Shown here: positions 13,168-25,636 of the stretch, one piece after another
How the letters are laid out: every line of letters starts with the position of its first letter
Position numbering within the stretch: position 1 is the stretch's first letter
Source: Octopus sinensis
Taxonomy: Eukaryota
Length of the DNA stretch: 64,000 nt
Direction of reading: 5' to 3'
Assembly: GCF_006345805.1 (NCBI RefSeq)
Contig: NW_021833065.1
Span: 62,001-126,000 of the forward strand
Program-made: the position numbers and the translations under genes
The notes under the pieces: model-generated
Database searches by the model: none
What the model was told of the DNA's origin: nothing
What the model saw: the letters and a program-made list of their open reading frames with translations, nothing else

Positions 13168-14221
13168 TTATAAATATTATATATCCAGAGTAGCTCATAA
13201 ACAAATTTGGAGGGTGAAGAAACAGCACAATCAATGTAGTACTGTGAAGGAAAGAAGTGAAATTAACATTTTGGACTGTTGCCCAATGTCAAGATAGAAG
13301 AGACGAAAAATATATTTTGTTGCTGAAATAAAAGTAAAGGGATGTTATTAAAAAAGAAAAAAATATATTAGTTGTTGGAAAATTAAATGATATTGAATTT
13401 TTAAAATTCAGTTGTAATGAATTGATGTCATTACTTTTACTAAACCAAACCCTTTAATATGATTTTTGTGATATGTGTTTATACCTGTAATTAATTGATT
13501 AGTGTGTAAACACCTGTAGAAACTTATTTAATTTGAACCTTTTAAGTTCTTTCCGTGTGCACTATTAATTTTAATACCGATTTTCCTTTTATTTTTTGTA
13601 TATTATTTACATAACTTCCTTTTTACATAGCATTTCTTTTTTTTAAAACTCAGTTTAATATAAAGTTAAAAGACATTTGACTTAAAAGTATTGTATTCAG
13701 ATTTTGTCTCTGTTTTCTAAGAAAAAAAATGCTATCTGAGATCCTTTTAACTTCCACAATACATTTATGCTAATGTGCATGTGGTAGTGGACTACTTTCT
13801 GCCAGTGAGAGTTTTGATCCCAAAAATTAGGTCCTGTTTCTGAGCTCTTTATAATTTTTGCCAGAAATTCTTTTATGATTGAAGATTGAGATGATCAAAT
13901 TGCTATTAACAGCTTTTTGTAGATTATATCAAATTATTTCTTTGATGAAACCAGTTTTTTCCTTTCATGCAAAGAAATTCCCTCATACTAATGGCCATTT
14001 CTATGAGGAATCACTGAACTAAGGATAGATTGGTTAATCATATAAATAATATCAATACCTCTACCTCTCAAAGTTAACATTTGAGCATAAGTAAAAAAAT
14101 TTTTTTTTATTAAAATAATCTTTTTCCCTCCCTCATTCTCTCTCTCTTATTCTCTCCCTCTCCCTCTCATTCTCTAATATTTTTTTAAAACTGGCTGTTA
14201 TTTATTTTTCTTTCATTATAG

Positions 14222-14880
14222 GTGTTGTATCTAGTGCATCTCACCTCCAATCATCAACTCAGACCACTCAGTTTAGCCATCCAGCTCCAGTTCCAGCGGT
14301 GTCCAGTCAACCTCCACAGTATCCGCCTGGACCTCCTCCGCCAGTATCTCAAGCAACAGCAAATTATGGACCGCCGCCACCTCAATTGCCAGGACCAGCA
14401 CTTCAGCAGTCACAGTTTACACATCCTCCTCCACCCCCTCCTCCTCCAAACACCGGACAAATTCCTTGTCAAGGACAATCGCTTGTACTTCAGAATCAGA
14501 GCACTGCAAACTTTCAGATGCCTCCACCTCCACCCCCTCCACCACATGGAACAACATATGTACGGCAACCTCCTCCACCCCCTCAAGCAATTTTACCTCC
14601 ACCTCCAAATGGAGGTAACTATCCACCTCCACCACAACATGTGGCACCTCCCTATGTACCCCCTCCTGCTCCAACTGGAAACCCTTCTAATCATCCACCT
14701 CCCCAGCCTTTCACTACAACACAAACCCAACAACCTCTTCCACCACCACCACCACCTCCTCCTCCACAGCAACAGCAACAACAACAACAACCTTACACCA
14801 TTAATCAAACACAATTATCATCATCTACACCCAAAACTTATTTCCCTCGGTCCAAATACAACCAATCCCAGAACTACTAA
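14222..14880 (+). CDS. KMT2E: Terminal Pro-rich coding exon ending ...YNQSQNY*
   Basis: Long pyrimidine tract with TAG acceptor (14220-14221). Phase 1 puts it in the frame of ORF 14299-14880. TAA stop at 14878-14880. Confidence 0.9.
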
Positions 14881-15800
14881 GATTTTGTTATTCACTCGCT
14901 ATACATAGTTCAGCTGACAAATCAGTCTGTCATCTTAGATAAGAAATCGGTGGAATGTACATAAATCCTCACATTTGGCTTGTATATATGCTGTCATCTG
15001 ATCATTCATTATTTGTAAGTTGTAAATTTGCCTGAAGTTTTCATCTCTCATTTTCTCTGGGCAGCCATAAATCTGTTGCTGGAAGCAGTATATATAAAAA
15101 ATTTAAAAAAAGAAATGTAAAAGAACAAAAACAAACCACCATTCACCCACATAAGTCATTAAGTTTAAAAAAAAAAATGAAGGTAGAAAATTTAGCGTGA
15201 ACACAAATCGCGGTGAAATTTTATTTTCCTATTGGATGTGTACAGTCCATTTTGTGCAGTATCGTGTTCATAAAAGCTGCATTGCCTCAGTAATTGAGGC
15301 ACATGCTAGGTTGACTACATTGTTAATAATCGCCATGTTTGTAATGCCTTGGTGTAGATCTGAAATCTGTCTTAATACTGTCTAGAGGCCATATCCTTCC
15401 CAGCATCATATATATGACCAGCCCTTGTATAAAGTTGCCTGCATGTTTAACCCTGCATACATGTGTAAAATAAACATGTCAGTTTTCCTTTTTACTTTGA
15501 CTATATGTTGTTATCTTTTATTTTACTGGTTGATTGTATTAAAATTTATATATAAATGGCTGATACTACTCTGCTGGAAAGGGTTAACACTTCTGTATCC
15601 ACAGGTATGTTAAATGTGTCAGTAATTCTACAGCAGTGGTTGACAGTAGTTTTTGAAAGTTGCAACTCTTATATCTTTGAACTGTCTTTATATGTCTTTT
15701 TAAACAAAAAGTTGAAGCTTAATATATGAAACCTTCATTAAAATTGATTTACATTTGTGTTGATAATAATGATAAAACTGGAAGGAGTGCCAAAAATAAA
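14881..15800 (+). other. Probable 3'UTR of the KMT2E-like gene
   Basis: Non-coding sequence without obvious repeats after the stop. Candidate poly(A) signals ATTAAA 15737-15742 and AATAAA 15795-15800. True end uncertain. Confidence 0.5.
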
Positions 15801-16804
15801 GAAGTGTTATTTCATGTTCATAAGCAACAACTTATGACACTAATCACTTGTTAAGATCATGTTGAGGCTTAGGCAAGCAGGAATTAAAATGGCAGTTCCA
15901 TAAAGTCAGAGAAAACTACAGAAGATAAACATAGTAGAATGAAATATAATAGGTAGAAGGAAATTACATCTTCAAGCTATGTTAAATGCTAGATGAAGGC
16001 ATCTTTGATAGGAAGAATACTATTTTTTATAACAAAAAAAAAAGAAGCAAAAATGGTTTCATATTGCAAAATAATGTCTCAGGATGAATCATGTTATTGT
16101 AGAGAAATGCTTGATTGCTCAGTAATGTTAAAAAATGAAATTTGCTTTGACATTTTACATCATGAAACTGTCATATTCTGAAGTAGTAGGAACTTTGTAA
16201 TGTACCAAAAATTTCCAAATGTTATATTTTGGGGTTCAGCTTAGTACTTGACAAATAACAAACAACACTCATGTATTGTAGTGGTGGATTGGTTAAATGA
16301 CTCATAAATAATTTAGCCTCGCTTCAGCCTGGAAACTGCAGTTTATGATCATAGAGGTTACAGTTATGACCAATCCATCATTTTCTTTTTCTTTTTTTTC
16401 AGATATAATGAACTAAATTTTTTTCTTTCCTTTACCCCTGTAAAATTTAGAGTGATTTGAGGTTGCTGCCGATGAAGCAACCATATAACAGCTCTTTCAT
16501 TGGCTGGTAGTAATTAGGTGACATACTTAGATATAAGCCATGTATCTCCATCATACTTTGAGCTTCTTCAATCCACTCAGTTGAGGGGCTTTATCTTGCA
16601 AGTACTCAGTGACCTCACTAGTGTTTGTGCCATGAAAAAAGAATCCTGTACACTCTGTTAAATGGTTAGCAAAAAAAGGGCATCTAATTGTAGAAACCAT
16701 GCCAAAGCAGACAATGGAGCTTGGTGCAATCTTCTGGCTCTTCAGTTCCTGTCAAATCATCCAATCCATGCCAGTTTGGAAAAAAGGACATTAAATGATG
16801 ATGA

Positions 16805-17180
16805 TTTTTACATAAAAACACCATCCGAGCGTGGCCGTCTGCCAGCCTCGTCGGGCACCTGTGTCGGTGGCACATAAAAACACCATCCGAGCGTGGCCGT
16901 CTGCCAGCCTCGTCTGGCACCTGTGTCGGTGGCACATAAAAACACCATCCGAGCGTGGCCGTTCGCCAGCCTCGTCTGGCACCTGTGTCGGTGGCACATA
17001 AAATCACCCACTACACTCTCGGAGTGGTTGGCGTTAGGAAGGGCATCCAGCTGTAGAAACACTGCCAGATCTGACTGGCCTGGTGCAGCCTTCGGGCTCC
17101 CCAGACCCCAGTTGAACCGTCCAACCCATGCTAGCATGGAAAGCGGACGTTAAACGATGATGATGATGATGATGATGATG
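16805..17180 (+). mobile_element. Young (GAT)n-tailed retroelement 3' end with three 62-bp tandem units, directly behind an older copy (~16590-16804)
   Basis: Units cataaaaacaccatccgagcgtggcc...ggtggca at 16811, 16873 and 16935, then the shared tail ...ggacgttaaac(gat)n. Confidence 0.8.
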
Positions 17181-17225
<45 letters not shown>

Positions 17226-17498
17226 TACAAAGATTAATTGTGAGTAGACTCAATATGGCTAAATGGTTAAGAAATTTCCTATGGAATCACAAAACCCTTG
17301 GTTCAACCCACTGTGTGGTGTCTTGAACATGTCCTTTTCTACTGCTTAATGAAAATCAGTAGAGAGGAATTGTATGGAAGCCTGTAAAGTAGATTGTATA
17401 TAATTCAAAAGTCCAACTTTTTGTCACACTGATGATTTCTCCTTGTGAATTGACTCAATATGTTCCAAAATCATGGTCCGGAATTCTAACTGAGATCC

Positions 17499-17680
17499 AT
17501 CATCATCATCATCGTTTAATGTCCGTTTTCCATGCTAGCATGTGTTGGACGGTTCGACCGGGGTCTGGGAAGCCATGAGGCTGCACCAGGCTCCAGTCTG
17601 ATCTGGCAGTGTTTCTGGATGCTCTTCCTAACGCCAACCACTCCGTGAGTGTAGTGGGTGCTTTTTACGTACCACCAGCA
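17499..17680 (-). mobile_element. Same (GAT)n-tailed family, inverted copy
   Basis: (cat)n cgtttaatgtccgttttccatgctagcatg... is the reverse complement of the tail at 17005-17180. Confidence 0.8.
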
Positions 17681-18022
17681 TGGAAGGAAGTCAAGGCAGC
17701 ACTGATACATACACACACACACATACATAAACATAAATATATGCTCACACACATATATATATACCTATAAACACACACGTATATACACATGCATATGCAT
17801 ACACACACACACACTACAGACTCCCATACAATTTCTGTCTTCTCAATCCCACTTACAAATAGGAAGTGATCAAGCAGAGTCTGTTGGCAACAGCAGATTT
17901 GTCAAGGGTGGTGGTGTGCAGTGAGATGGAACCCAGAAGTCTATTGTTGCAAAGCATACTCCCAAACCACACAAGCCAGCCATATCCACTCCTTCATAAC
18001 AAATCTAAAAATAGAAAGAAAC

Positions 18023-18067
<45 letters not shown>

Positions 18068-18561
18068 GTGTATTATGTTGGTATGGAAACTAAACATATC
18101 AACTTACATTTATTTACTCTGATATAATATTTCTGTTGGTTGATGAAGCACCTATTTCAAAAGTTTATTTTTAGAATGAATTATTGTAAACTTGTGGCAG
18201 ACATGAAACAGTAGCAGTTTTTTTGTTAAAGAAAATATAACCAAATACATAATATTTTTAAATTAGTTTACTATAAATCCAAAGGTCAAACCTACTACTA
18301 CAAAAATTGCATTATACTCTGAAAAATATCTTATACTTCATGGTTGTAAGGTTGACATTAAGAAATAGCATCCAGCTATGAAATATATCAACAATCCATA
18401 CTCCAGTTGCTGATATATCTAATTGATTTTCATGACTCATTAAAAAAATGAACTGTTTATTGTATAGCAGAGTGGCTATAAAACAAAATACTGAAGAACA
18501 TTATATATTTATAGTTTTTTTTTTTTATTTATTTATTTATCACGAGTCAGTATTCATAAGT

Positions 18562-18795
18562 TCATTTGAAAATTTTCCAAAATCTTTTGACATCCATTTT
18601 TTTAAATACAAATATATAGGACGAAGGCATTGCTTGTGGAAACTTGGGCGTTGGCTTAATGTTAGAATTAATATCCTTGCTTCTGGATGATTTTCCTGCC
18701 ACTAAACACGTCCGTTCTGAATTTGGAATAATTGCCAACATTGAAATTTTCTTGTAAATCAACTCCACATTATGGTTATAGTAAGATTTGAACTC
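18562..18795 (-). CDS. Putative terminal exon of an unidentified minus-strand gene (EFKSYYNHNVELIYKKISMLAIIPNSERT...KRFWKIFK*)
   Basis: ttcAG acceptor at 18797-18796, phase 0, 77 open codons, TGA stop. AATAAA hexamers lie 20-40 nt downstream on the minus strand. Confidence 0.5.
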   Translation of the reverse strand, partial: EFKSYYNHNVELIYKKISMLAIIPNSERTCLVAGKSSRSKDINSNIKPTPKFPQAMPSSYIFVFKKMDVKRFWKIFK

Positions 18796-19400
18796 CTGAA
18801 CATCATAATAACTTCACTGCTACTCTGCTTCACATTGTTTATATTGTTATAAGTGCAGGCAGGAATATGATTGTGAAGTTTGCTCCACAAGCATATGATT
18901 TTTGATTCCATCTCACAAATTGACACCCTTGGCTTGTGACTTTTGAGTAAAATTTGGTAGACAGAAACTAGCTACCAAATTTTACTCAAAGTTTTCAATT
19001 ACTTACCAAATTTTACCAAACTGTACTGTATAAAAGCCCATCCTATTTGTGTGTTTCCGCATGTTTTCGCATTTACACAATTTGGTTGACAGTACATTTG
19101 TTTACATCTTACTCGGCAACCTTACCTGTAAAACATATAAGGGTTGTACAAGCTCTTTGACTAGAAGAGCATCCAGGCATAGGCTACTTCTTAAATAAGT
19201 TACCTCATGCTAAACCTAATATAAAAATGCATTTAAACTGGCTATATCTTGCCTCATATTTTCTACATGTTTTATATTCAAATAATCCTGATTTGGCTTT
19301 TCGTATCCACACTACAATGTCATTCTAAAAATTTTAGAATTGACAGTGTAGTTCCCAGTGTACCAAAATACATGATGGTTGTGGTTGGAAAGCCTTAGAT

Positions 19401-19545
19401 CAGTGGTTCCCAACTCTTTTATTTAAATGAGTTTTCCCACAGACCCCTTTAAATATGCTTATCCTTATGTATATATATTTCATATTTATATATGAAATTT
19501 TGAATTTAGTTCATGGACCCCCAGTACTACCTTTGCAGACCACTG
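19401..19545. mobile_element. hAT (Charlie/Buster-type) MITE
   Basis: Ends CAGTGGT...ACCACTG. 8-bp TSD ccttagat/ccttaaat with central TA. Confidence 0.7.
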
Positions 19546-19960
19546 CCTTAAATCATTATATTTGCCTGATCAGAGCTACACAAATCAATAATGTTTTTAA
19601 TTTATGCACAAGGCCAGCCATTTTAAGGAGAAGCTACTTGACCTTAGCAGGAATTAAACTCAAACAAAAAGTTGAAAGAAATGCTGCAAAACATGTTTTT
19701 TTTCCAGACGCACTCACAATTCTTCCAGTTAGCAGTTAATAATGATTTGCTTTGACTAGATGTGCATGTGGAAATTCCAAAGTTACTTGAAAAACTGTAA
19801 TGATATTGGAAGTTTATAGAGAACCATGAAATATTGATAATTTCTCTTGAAGTATTTATTTTTTTGTGAAACTTTTGCTTTTTGAGATTGTATAAAGTCC
19901 ACATTAGTGCAATTGGAGTGCACTCTTTGAAAACTAAATTTTTTCTTATACACTTATCAC

Positions 19961-20012
19961 CTCTTCTACTTTGAGAAATTTTATTGCTTCATCAAGAATT
20001 AAACCATCATAA
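19961..20012 (-). CDS. Putative 52-bp exon (NYDGLILDEAIKFLKVEE), phase 2->0
   Basis: ctttgattttgttctatAG acceptor and GAG|GTGATA donor. Phases match both neighbouring exon candidates. Confidence 0.5.
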
Positions 20013-20642
20013 CTATAGAACAAAATCAAAGCCTTTATAATTATCTTGCTGTAGTATGCCTACATTGTTAATGTTTTAGCAAATTATAAAATGCTCTACA
20101 ATGTTCTTGGTTTCACATCAGAGAAAAATACAGGTGGCTGAACTTGAACCTCATAGTCCCAGTGAACAAAAATACAATAGCAACCCTACTGAGCTGTGAA
20201 TTCTGAAAATATCAGTTTAAAACATCAGTTCGTTGTCTTATGAATAATATAAACATTGTGTGTATAATAGATTATATCTTCAGTTCCATTCTATTGTTAA
20301 ACCCTTACATACATAGACTGTAACAGAATTTTATAGATTACATGCAAGACCAGTTTTTGTAGGCAATTAAACTCCCTCCTGCAGAATCCTAAATCAGAAC
20401 AGTAAGGTATCAAGCCTGTAAATTGAATAAAGCAGTCACGCAAATTAACTTGGCTACAATCCAGTGGGGTGGAGAGGCTGTCTGTGGTCTTTTGGCTAAT
20501 TAGAAATTGCAGCCAAATCACTCGGATTAATCCTACAGAAAGGATACATTGGACATTGTAGTACTAGATATATAAAGAAAAAAAAAAGTTGAAGTGTTCA
20601 TAGGTATGATCAGTGTGAGCTGGTTTGGGCTAAATAACTAAC

Positions 20643-20814
20643 TTGGACATCACTTCTGCTTTTAACCATAAAAATATTGTAATAAATACATGTTCATTTC
20701 TTGAAAATACTTCCAAATCAGATTCATGCTTTGGTTTAGTCACTATAAACTACTTGACTTTTTTTTCTTCCATTGGTTCCGTTAATGTTCCCCTTAAGCA
20801 TTGCAAATCAACAC
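20643..20814 (-). pseudogene. Putative 172-bp exon, phase 1->2, with one in-frame TAG (VDLQCLRGTLTEPMEEKKVK*FIVTKPKHESDLEVFSRNEHVFITIFLWLKAEVMS)
   Basis: ccttacccatgtctttcctgtAG acceptor and AA|GTTAGT donor. The only stop in frame is TAG at 20752-20750. Status (pseudogene or edited gene) unresolved. Confidence 0.45.
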
Positions 20815-21291
20815 CTACAGGAAAGACATGGGTAAGGATTTCCTAGAGGGTTGTTGTTCTGGGAATGAAGGGCTGGGCATAGTAGTTTGTGCAGAGATTG
20901 AAGGTTGGACACATACAGCATGGATGAGAGAAGCAGAGATAATATGAGTTATGTTTTTTTTTTTTTTCCTGTTGATAAAGTTAAGATTTATGTGACCCCA
21001 TTGGAGATAACATTTTCAAGATCTTTCTTCATGGATTCAGTTTAAGTGTAACATAGGGATGACATTTGGTTGGGGAAGATTAAGGAAGAATGAATTAAAG
21101 TATCATTTGCATATGAGTAGGCATTGTTGGACATGACAGCAAGTAGGTCATTAGTGTATAGAAAGATAAAATTGATGCATAGAAAGGAGTTTATGGTGTG
21201 GAATAGAAAGCAAACGCTGTCAACATCCCTGAAATAGTATAATCTGATACGAAGTTATTAATCCAAAGGTTGAGGGGACATACCAATGTAA

Positions 21292-21668
21292 GTAGGTGCA
21301 GGCATGGCTGTGTGGTAAGAAGCTTGCTTCCCAACCACATGGTTCCAGACTCAGTTCCACTGCATGACACCTCGGGTAAGTGTCTGCTACAATAGCCTTG
21401 GGTCAACCAAAGCCTTGTGAGTGGATTTGGTAGCTGGAAACTGAAAGATACATATATATTTATGTGTTTGTTCCCCACCCACTTGACAACTGGTGTTGGT
21501 GTGTTTATGTTCCCATAACTTAGTGGTTTAGCAAAAGAGACTGATAGAATAAGTAAGAATCTATAAAAAAAGTAAGTCCCGGAGTTGATTTGTTTGGCTA
21601 AAAACCTTTAAAAGTGGTGCCCCAGAATGGCTGCAGTCAAATGACTGAAACAAGTAAAAGATAAAATA
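21292..21668 (+). mobile_element. tRNA-SINE (family with head ggctgtgtggtaag...ccaaccacatggttcc)
   Basis: Same head, core and atgactgaaacaagtaaaag tail as the copies at ~8680, 27922 and 43700. Confidence 0.75.
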
Positions 21669-22989
21669 AGTGTTTCTGATTTATAGCGATTCAGTCTTCA
21701 AAAGTAAAAGCTTAATGTGAAAGTATTATGAAGAAATGAATCTTTAGTCCATGTTACTCATCTTTTTCCTTCCTGCCGTATTTTTCATGCATTATTCTGA
21801 AGTTTAAAAAAAAATCAAACTTTCCTAAATTTCAAATGTAAAAACTTAACGTCTAAATTTTATCTATTCACTTTATATTGCTCATCTACTGTGTATCAAT
21901 ACTGGAAAAGGACAATCATAATACTTCTATTTATCAGATTTGCAGTTGTGAAAATAAACAAAAAGTTAAGCTAAATACATGCAAATGCTGTCTTAATATA
22001 CATCATCATTAATATTGTTTATAGTCTAAGGTGGCAAGCTGACTCAATCATTAGCAATGCCATGCAAAATGCTTAGTAGCAGTTCATCTGTCTTCACATC
22101 CGATTAACTCACCCCTTCCACAAAATTGTTGGCCTTATTCCAAAATTTGAAATCGGTATTATTTATAGTCTATTATATTAATCTGAGGAAAATGTTAATA
22201 GACAAAAAGAAAATGTACAATGTCATCTAATTTGTAATTCAATTTGCCATATAAAAGCTAGTTTCTTAATGAAAAGGTAATAATTTTGGAGACTCTTTGC
22301 TTGAGTATCTAAATGGGTGGGATAACTTCCTTTAATTTGGGCATATACAGTTTATAAATTTTAAATAAATAGCTTAAACCTCAAGCATTATTAATCATTA
22401 GCAGTTGAATGGCATCAATATGATAGCTTTCTGCTGTTGATTTCTTAACCTTTTAAGCTCCTATGATTATGATTCAAACTTCATTTTAAAGTGATTTAAT
22501 TTAAACCTTCAATTAAAATTTTGTTTATGTTCAAAACATCAGCTTAATAATGAGTAATTGACTAAATTCTTCATAACTTTCCAAACAAAGCAGTGTATTT
22601 CAAAAGAAATATGGTAACAATGGTATTTGATATTCATGTAATCAAAAGGTAACTAGAGCATACTAGATAGAATAAAGGTATTTAGTTCCATCTCAAGCTT
22701 AACATTTTTTATTCTTCCAAGGCAGATTTATTAAACATCAAGAAATTCTTTGCAATAGAATGTTTACTTCATACATAGATGATAGATATATGATGGCAAG
22801 AAAATCTTTACAACAAATGTTTGCTCATGAAAGGAAGACTTGTGAGCTGTAGATCTGTGCATATTACTTGTCACATACTATAGTGACACTGTCTGATTTA
22901 CTCTTTATACCTGTTAATAAATAAAATGTCCCTTTGATGTATTAAATCATTTTGAACATATCTCTTCTATTTTTCCTCTAAGTTGTTTA

Positions 22990-23690
22990 GTCAGGTAAGG
23001 ATCTGTGCTCCTGATCTTTGTAAACCTTTTGAGACTGATGATTTTGGTATTCATCTTCAACACCAACAATGCAGGAAATCATGAGCTGGAAGTGAATTCC
23101 AAGAAATAATGCTTCAGAAAGAAAAGACTGGATAAAATGATTAATGCAAGGCCTGGTGGTAAGGCTCAATAGTCGACAAGTGGAGAAGAGCTGAGCTTGC
23201 AGTTTTTTCTTAGGTGGAAGTATTGTGCAGGCCATTGTAGTTAAAGTGGCAAAGGCAGAGTTAAGCGAACTGTGCATCTATGCAGAAGCTGAAGTATATT
23301 GATGAGTGATGGCATGGCCTTTTTTCTTTTTAGTTTTTTTGAATGCAGTCTTGAATGTACGCACTGGGGTCGATGTAATCAACTTAATCCCTTTGTCGTT
23401 GTTTGTCCCCTCTGTGTTTAGCCCCTTGTGGGCAATAAAGAAATTTTAAAAATTACTGTCTCAGGTGTGAAAGCAGTATTCCATTGTCTCACCTGACCTT
23501 TGCAGAGAGTTGACATCTATTTGAAGCTGAAGTATTTTCTGAATCCAATGTGTAAAGTATATGGACAAGATGATAGAAGAGTCTCTTTGTCTTCTATCAT
23601 TTTTATTGAAGATGACTGCTCATTAAATCAGGTACCTGGTCTGAGACTTGCAAAGTCCATGTTTCTATTTGTTCCTTCTGTTTTTTTGCT
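22990..23690 (-). mobile_element. Decayed L2/Crack-like LINE 3' fragment with a nested SINE piece
   Basis: Frame-broken motifs on the minus strand: RKYFS, MEYCFHT, QSFLS and WNSLPAH. Confidence 0.6.
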
Positions 23691-24397
23691 TTTTATCAGG
23701 AAATTTATTTTTCAGCTGTCATCAACTACTTTATAGTTGAATAAAGAAAAACAGGTATTTGATGCTGACAGGAAGGGCATCCAACTCTAAAATACTGCCT
23801 CAAATAAATCTCTATCCAATTCATGTTGGCATGATAAATTGTTTTAGGTTTCGTTGGTGTTTTTTGGCAATTTCTTTTTCTTTTTTTTTCTCCCTCCCTC
23901 CCTCTCTCCCTCCATCTATCAGAAGATAGTTGCTGTATGCATCAACTAAGACATTTGGTTGAATATGACCCTACAAGCCTACTGACTAATTCTCTACTGA
24001 GAGACTGACTATCTTAGACCAAATCTTTGATAATGACTGTCATTGTTCAATCCCAGGTCAACCCTGATCAAGCATACTTGTGATCACAGGTATTCCAGCC
24101 ATGACCATTCTGTCTCTTCCATTTTGCAGAAAACCTAAGACTATATTATCCAACATCTCCTTTTGTTGCCATATTTCTGTTAAGATATACTGTCATTGCT
24201 TCAATTAAGTTTGAAAGTAATGAAGAATTTAGTAAAATATCTTTGTCACAGGTATGGCTGTGTGATAAGAAATAAGCTTCCCAACCACATGGTTCCAGGT
24301 TTACTTGCACTGCATGACATTTTGGGCAAGTGTCTTCTACTATAGTTCCAGGCCAAACAAAGCCTTGGATTTGGTAGGCAGAAGCCCATTGTATATA

Positions 24398-25636
24398 CAG
24401 GGGTTGGACAAAATAATGAAAACACCTTAAAATTTCAGACAAATTTATTTTAATAAGGAGTTGGCAGTAATTACAGCTTGAATTCTATGAGGATAGACTC
24501 ATGCAAAGTTTCCAAAGGAATTTTTAGCCATTCTTCAGCTAAAACAATTTCCAGTTCTTGTGGTGGAGGATATCGACTCCTGACTTGTTTTTCTAAAATG
24601 CACCATAAATGTTCAATTGTATTGAGATCTGGGGACTGTGGTGGCCAGATAAGATGTTCAACTTCACTAGAATGTTCCTCGTGCCATTCAGTAACAACTT
24701 TAGCTGTATGAATTGGTGCAGTATCAACCTGAAAGATTGCATTTCCCTCTGGAAACAGTTCCACAACCATAGGATGAATTTGATCATATAAAATGCTTAA
24801 ATAATCTTGACTATTAATTCTGACATGAAGGGAAACTATTGGGCCTGCAGATTTCCAAGATATAGCTCCTATCTTTGGATCATCACAGATCATCTTCCAT
24901 GTTTAACAGTTGGAAGAAGGCAGTCTGGGTCAAATGCTTCTTTTGGCTGTCTCCACACATATACTCGGCTAATGGTCGGAAATAGGGGAAAAGATGACTC
25001 ATCCAAGAAAATAACATTCTTCCACTAGTCTAGGGACTAATTCTGTAGGTTTTTACTCCACTTTAAACACTTTGCAATGTTTGTTTTTGAAAGTAGTGAT
25101 TTTTTGATTGCAGCCCTCCTGGGAAATCCGGCTTTGTGCAGCTCCCAGCGAACAGTTTTTGTGGAAACTGGGTTCTCAAGGTGGTAATTAAGCTCTGCAG
25201 TAATTTTGGGAGATGTACTTTTGTGATCCTTTCTAACAATTCGCGTAAGAGTCTGACAGTCCCTATTTGAAAGTTTTGGTTTTCTTCCAGAGTTTTGTTT
25301 GGACGAGGAGGTTTTTCCTTCTTTCTCAAAGACTGTCATTACTTTCGAGACAGTACTTCTTCATACACCAAACATTTTGGCTGTTTTCGTTAAGCTAGTG
25401 CCTACCATACAAGCACCAACAATTGACCTCTTTGAAAGTCTGATAGATCTGTTGTTTTAATGAATTTTAATTACTTTTTTCTGATGATATCTGAAAAGAA
25501 ACAGCAATTTTAGCAAAACATATTAAGCAACACTAATAATAAATCGAAAACCATAAAAATAAACAAGCTTTTGACGGTTTTATAGATATTTCAAAATTAT
25601 GATGCTAGGTGTTTCTATTATTTTGTCTAACCCGTG
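24398..25636 (-). mobile_element. Decayed full-length Tc1 transposon nested in a SINE
   Basis: 30-bp TIRs caggggttggacaaaataatgaaaacacct / aggtgtttctattattttgtctaacccgtg and TA TSDs. Transposase remnants GRKPKLS..., FQVDTAPIH and WPPQSPDLNTIE are broken by stops and frameshifts. Confidence 0.9.

Noticed and set aside
14222-14908. 228-aa alternative-frame ORF and antisense W/R-rich ORFs over the Pro-rich exons
   Set aside because: Shadows of CCN-rich coding sequence. Splice phase selects the Pro frame.
15447-15587. TTAA-CCCT...AGGG-TTAA in the 3'UTR as an exapted piggyBac MITE
   Set aside because: Only 4 bp of TIR; compatible with chance.
16830-16875. Resemblance of CCAGCCTCGTCTGGC to the HDV ribozyme P3/L3
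   Set aside because: No P1 partner after P3, loop too short and no P2/P4 pseudoknot. Only a simple hairpin is supported.
21135-21160. Possible editing-complementary sequence for the UAG at 20752
   Set aside because: Only 7+5 interrupted matches; too weak to claim a duplex without folding calculations.
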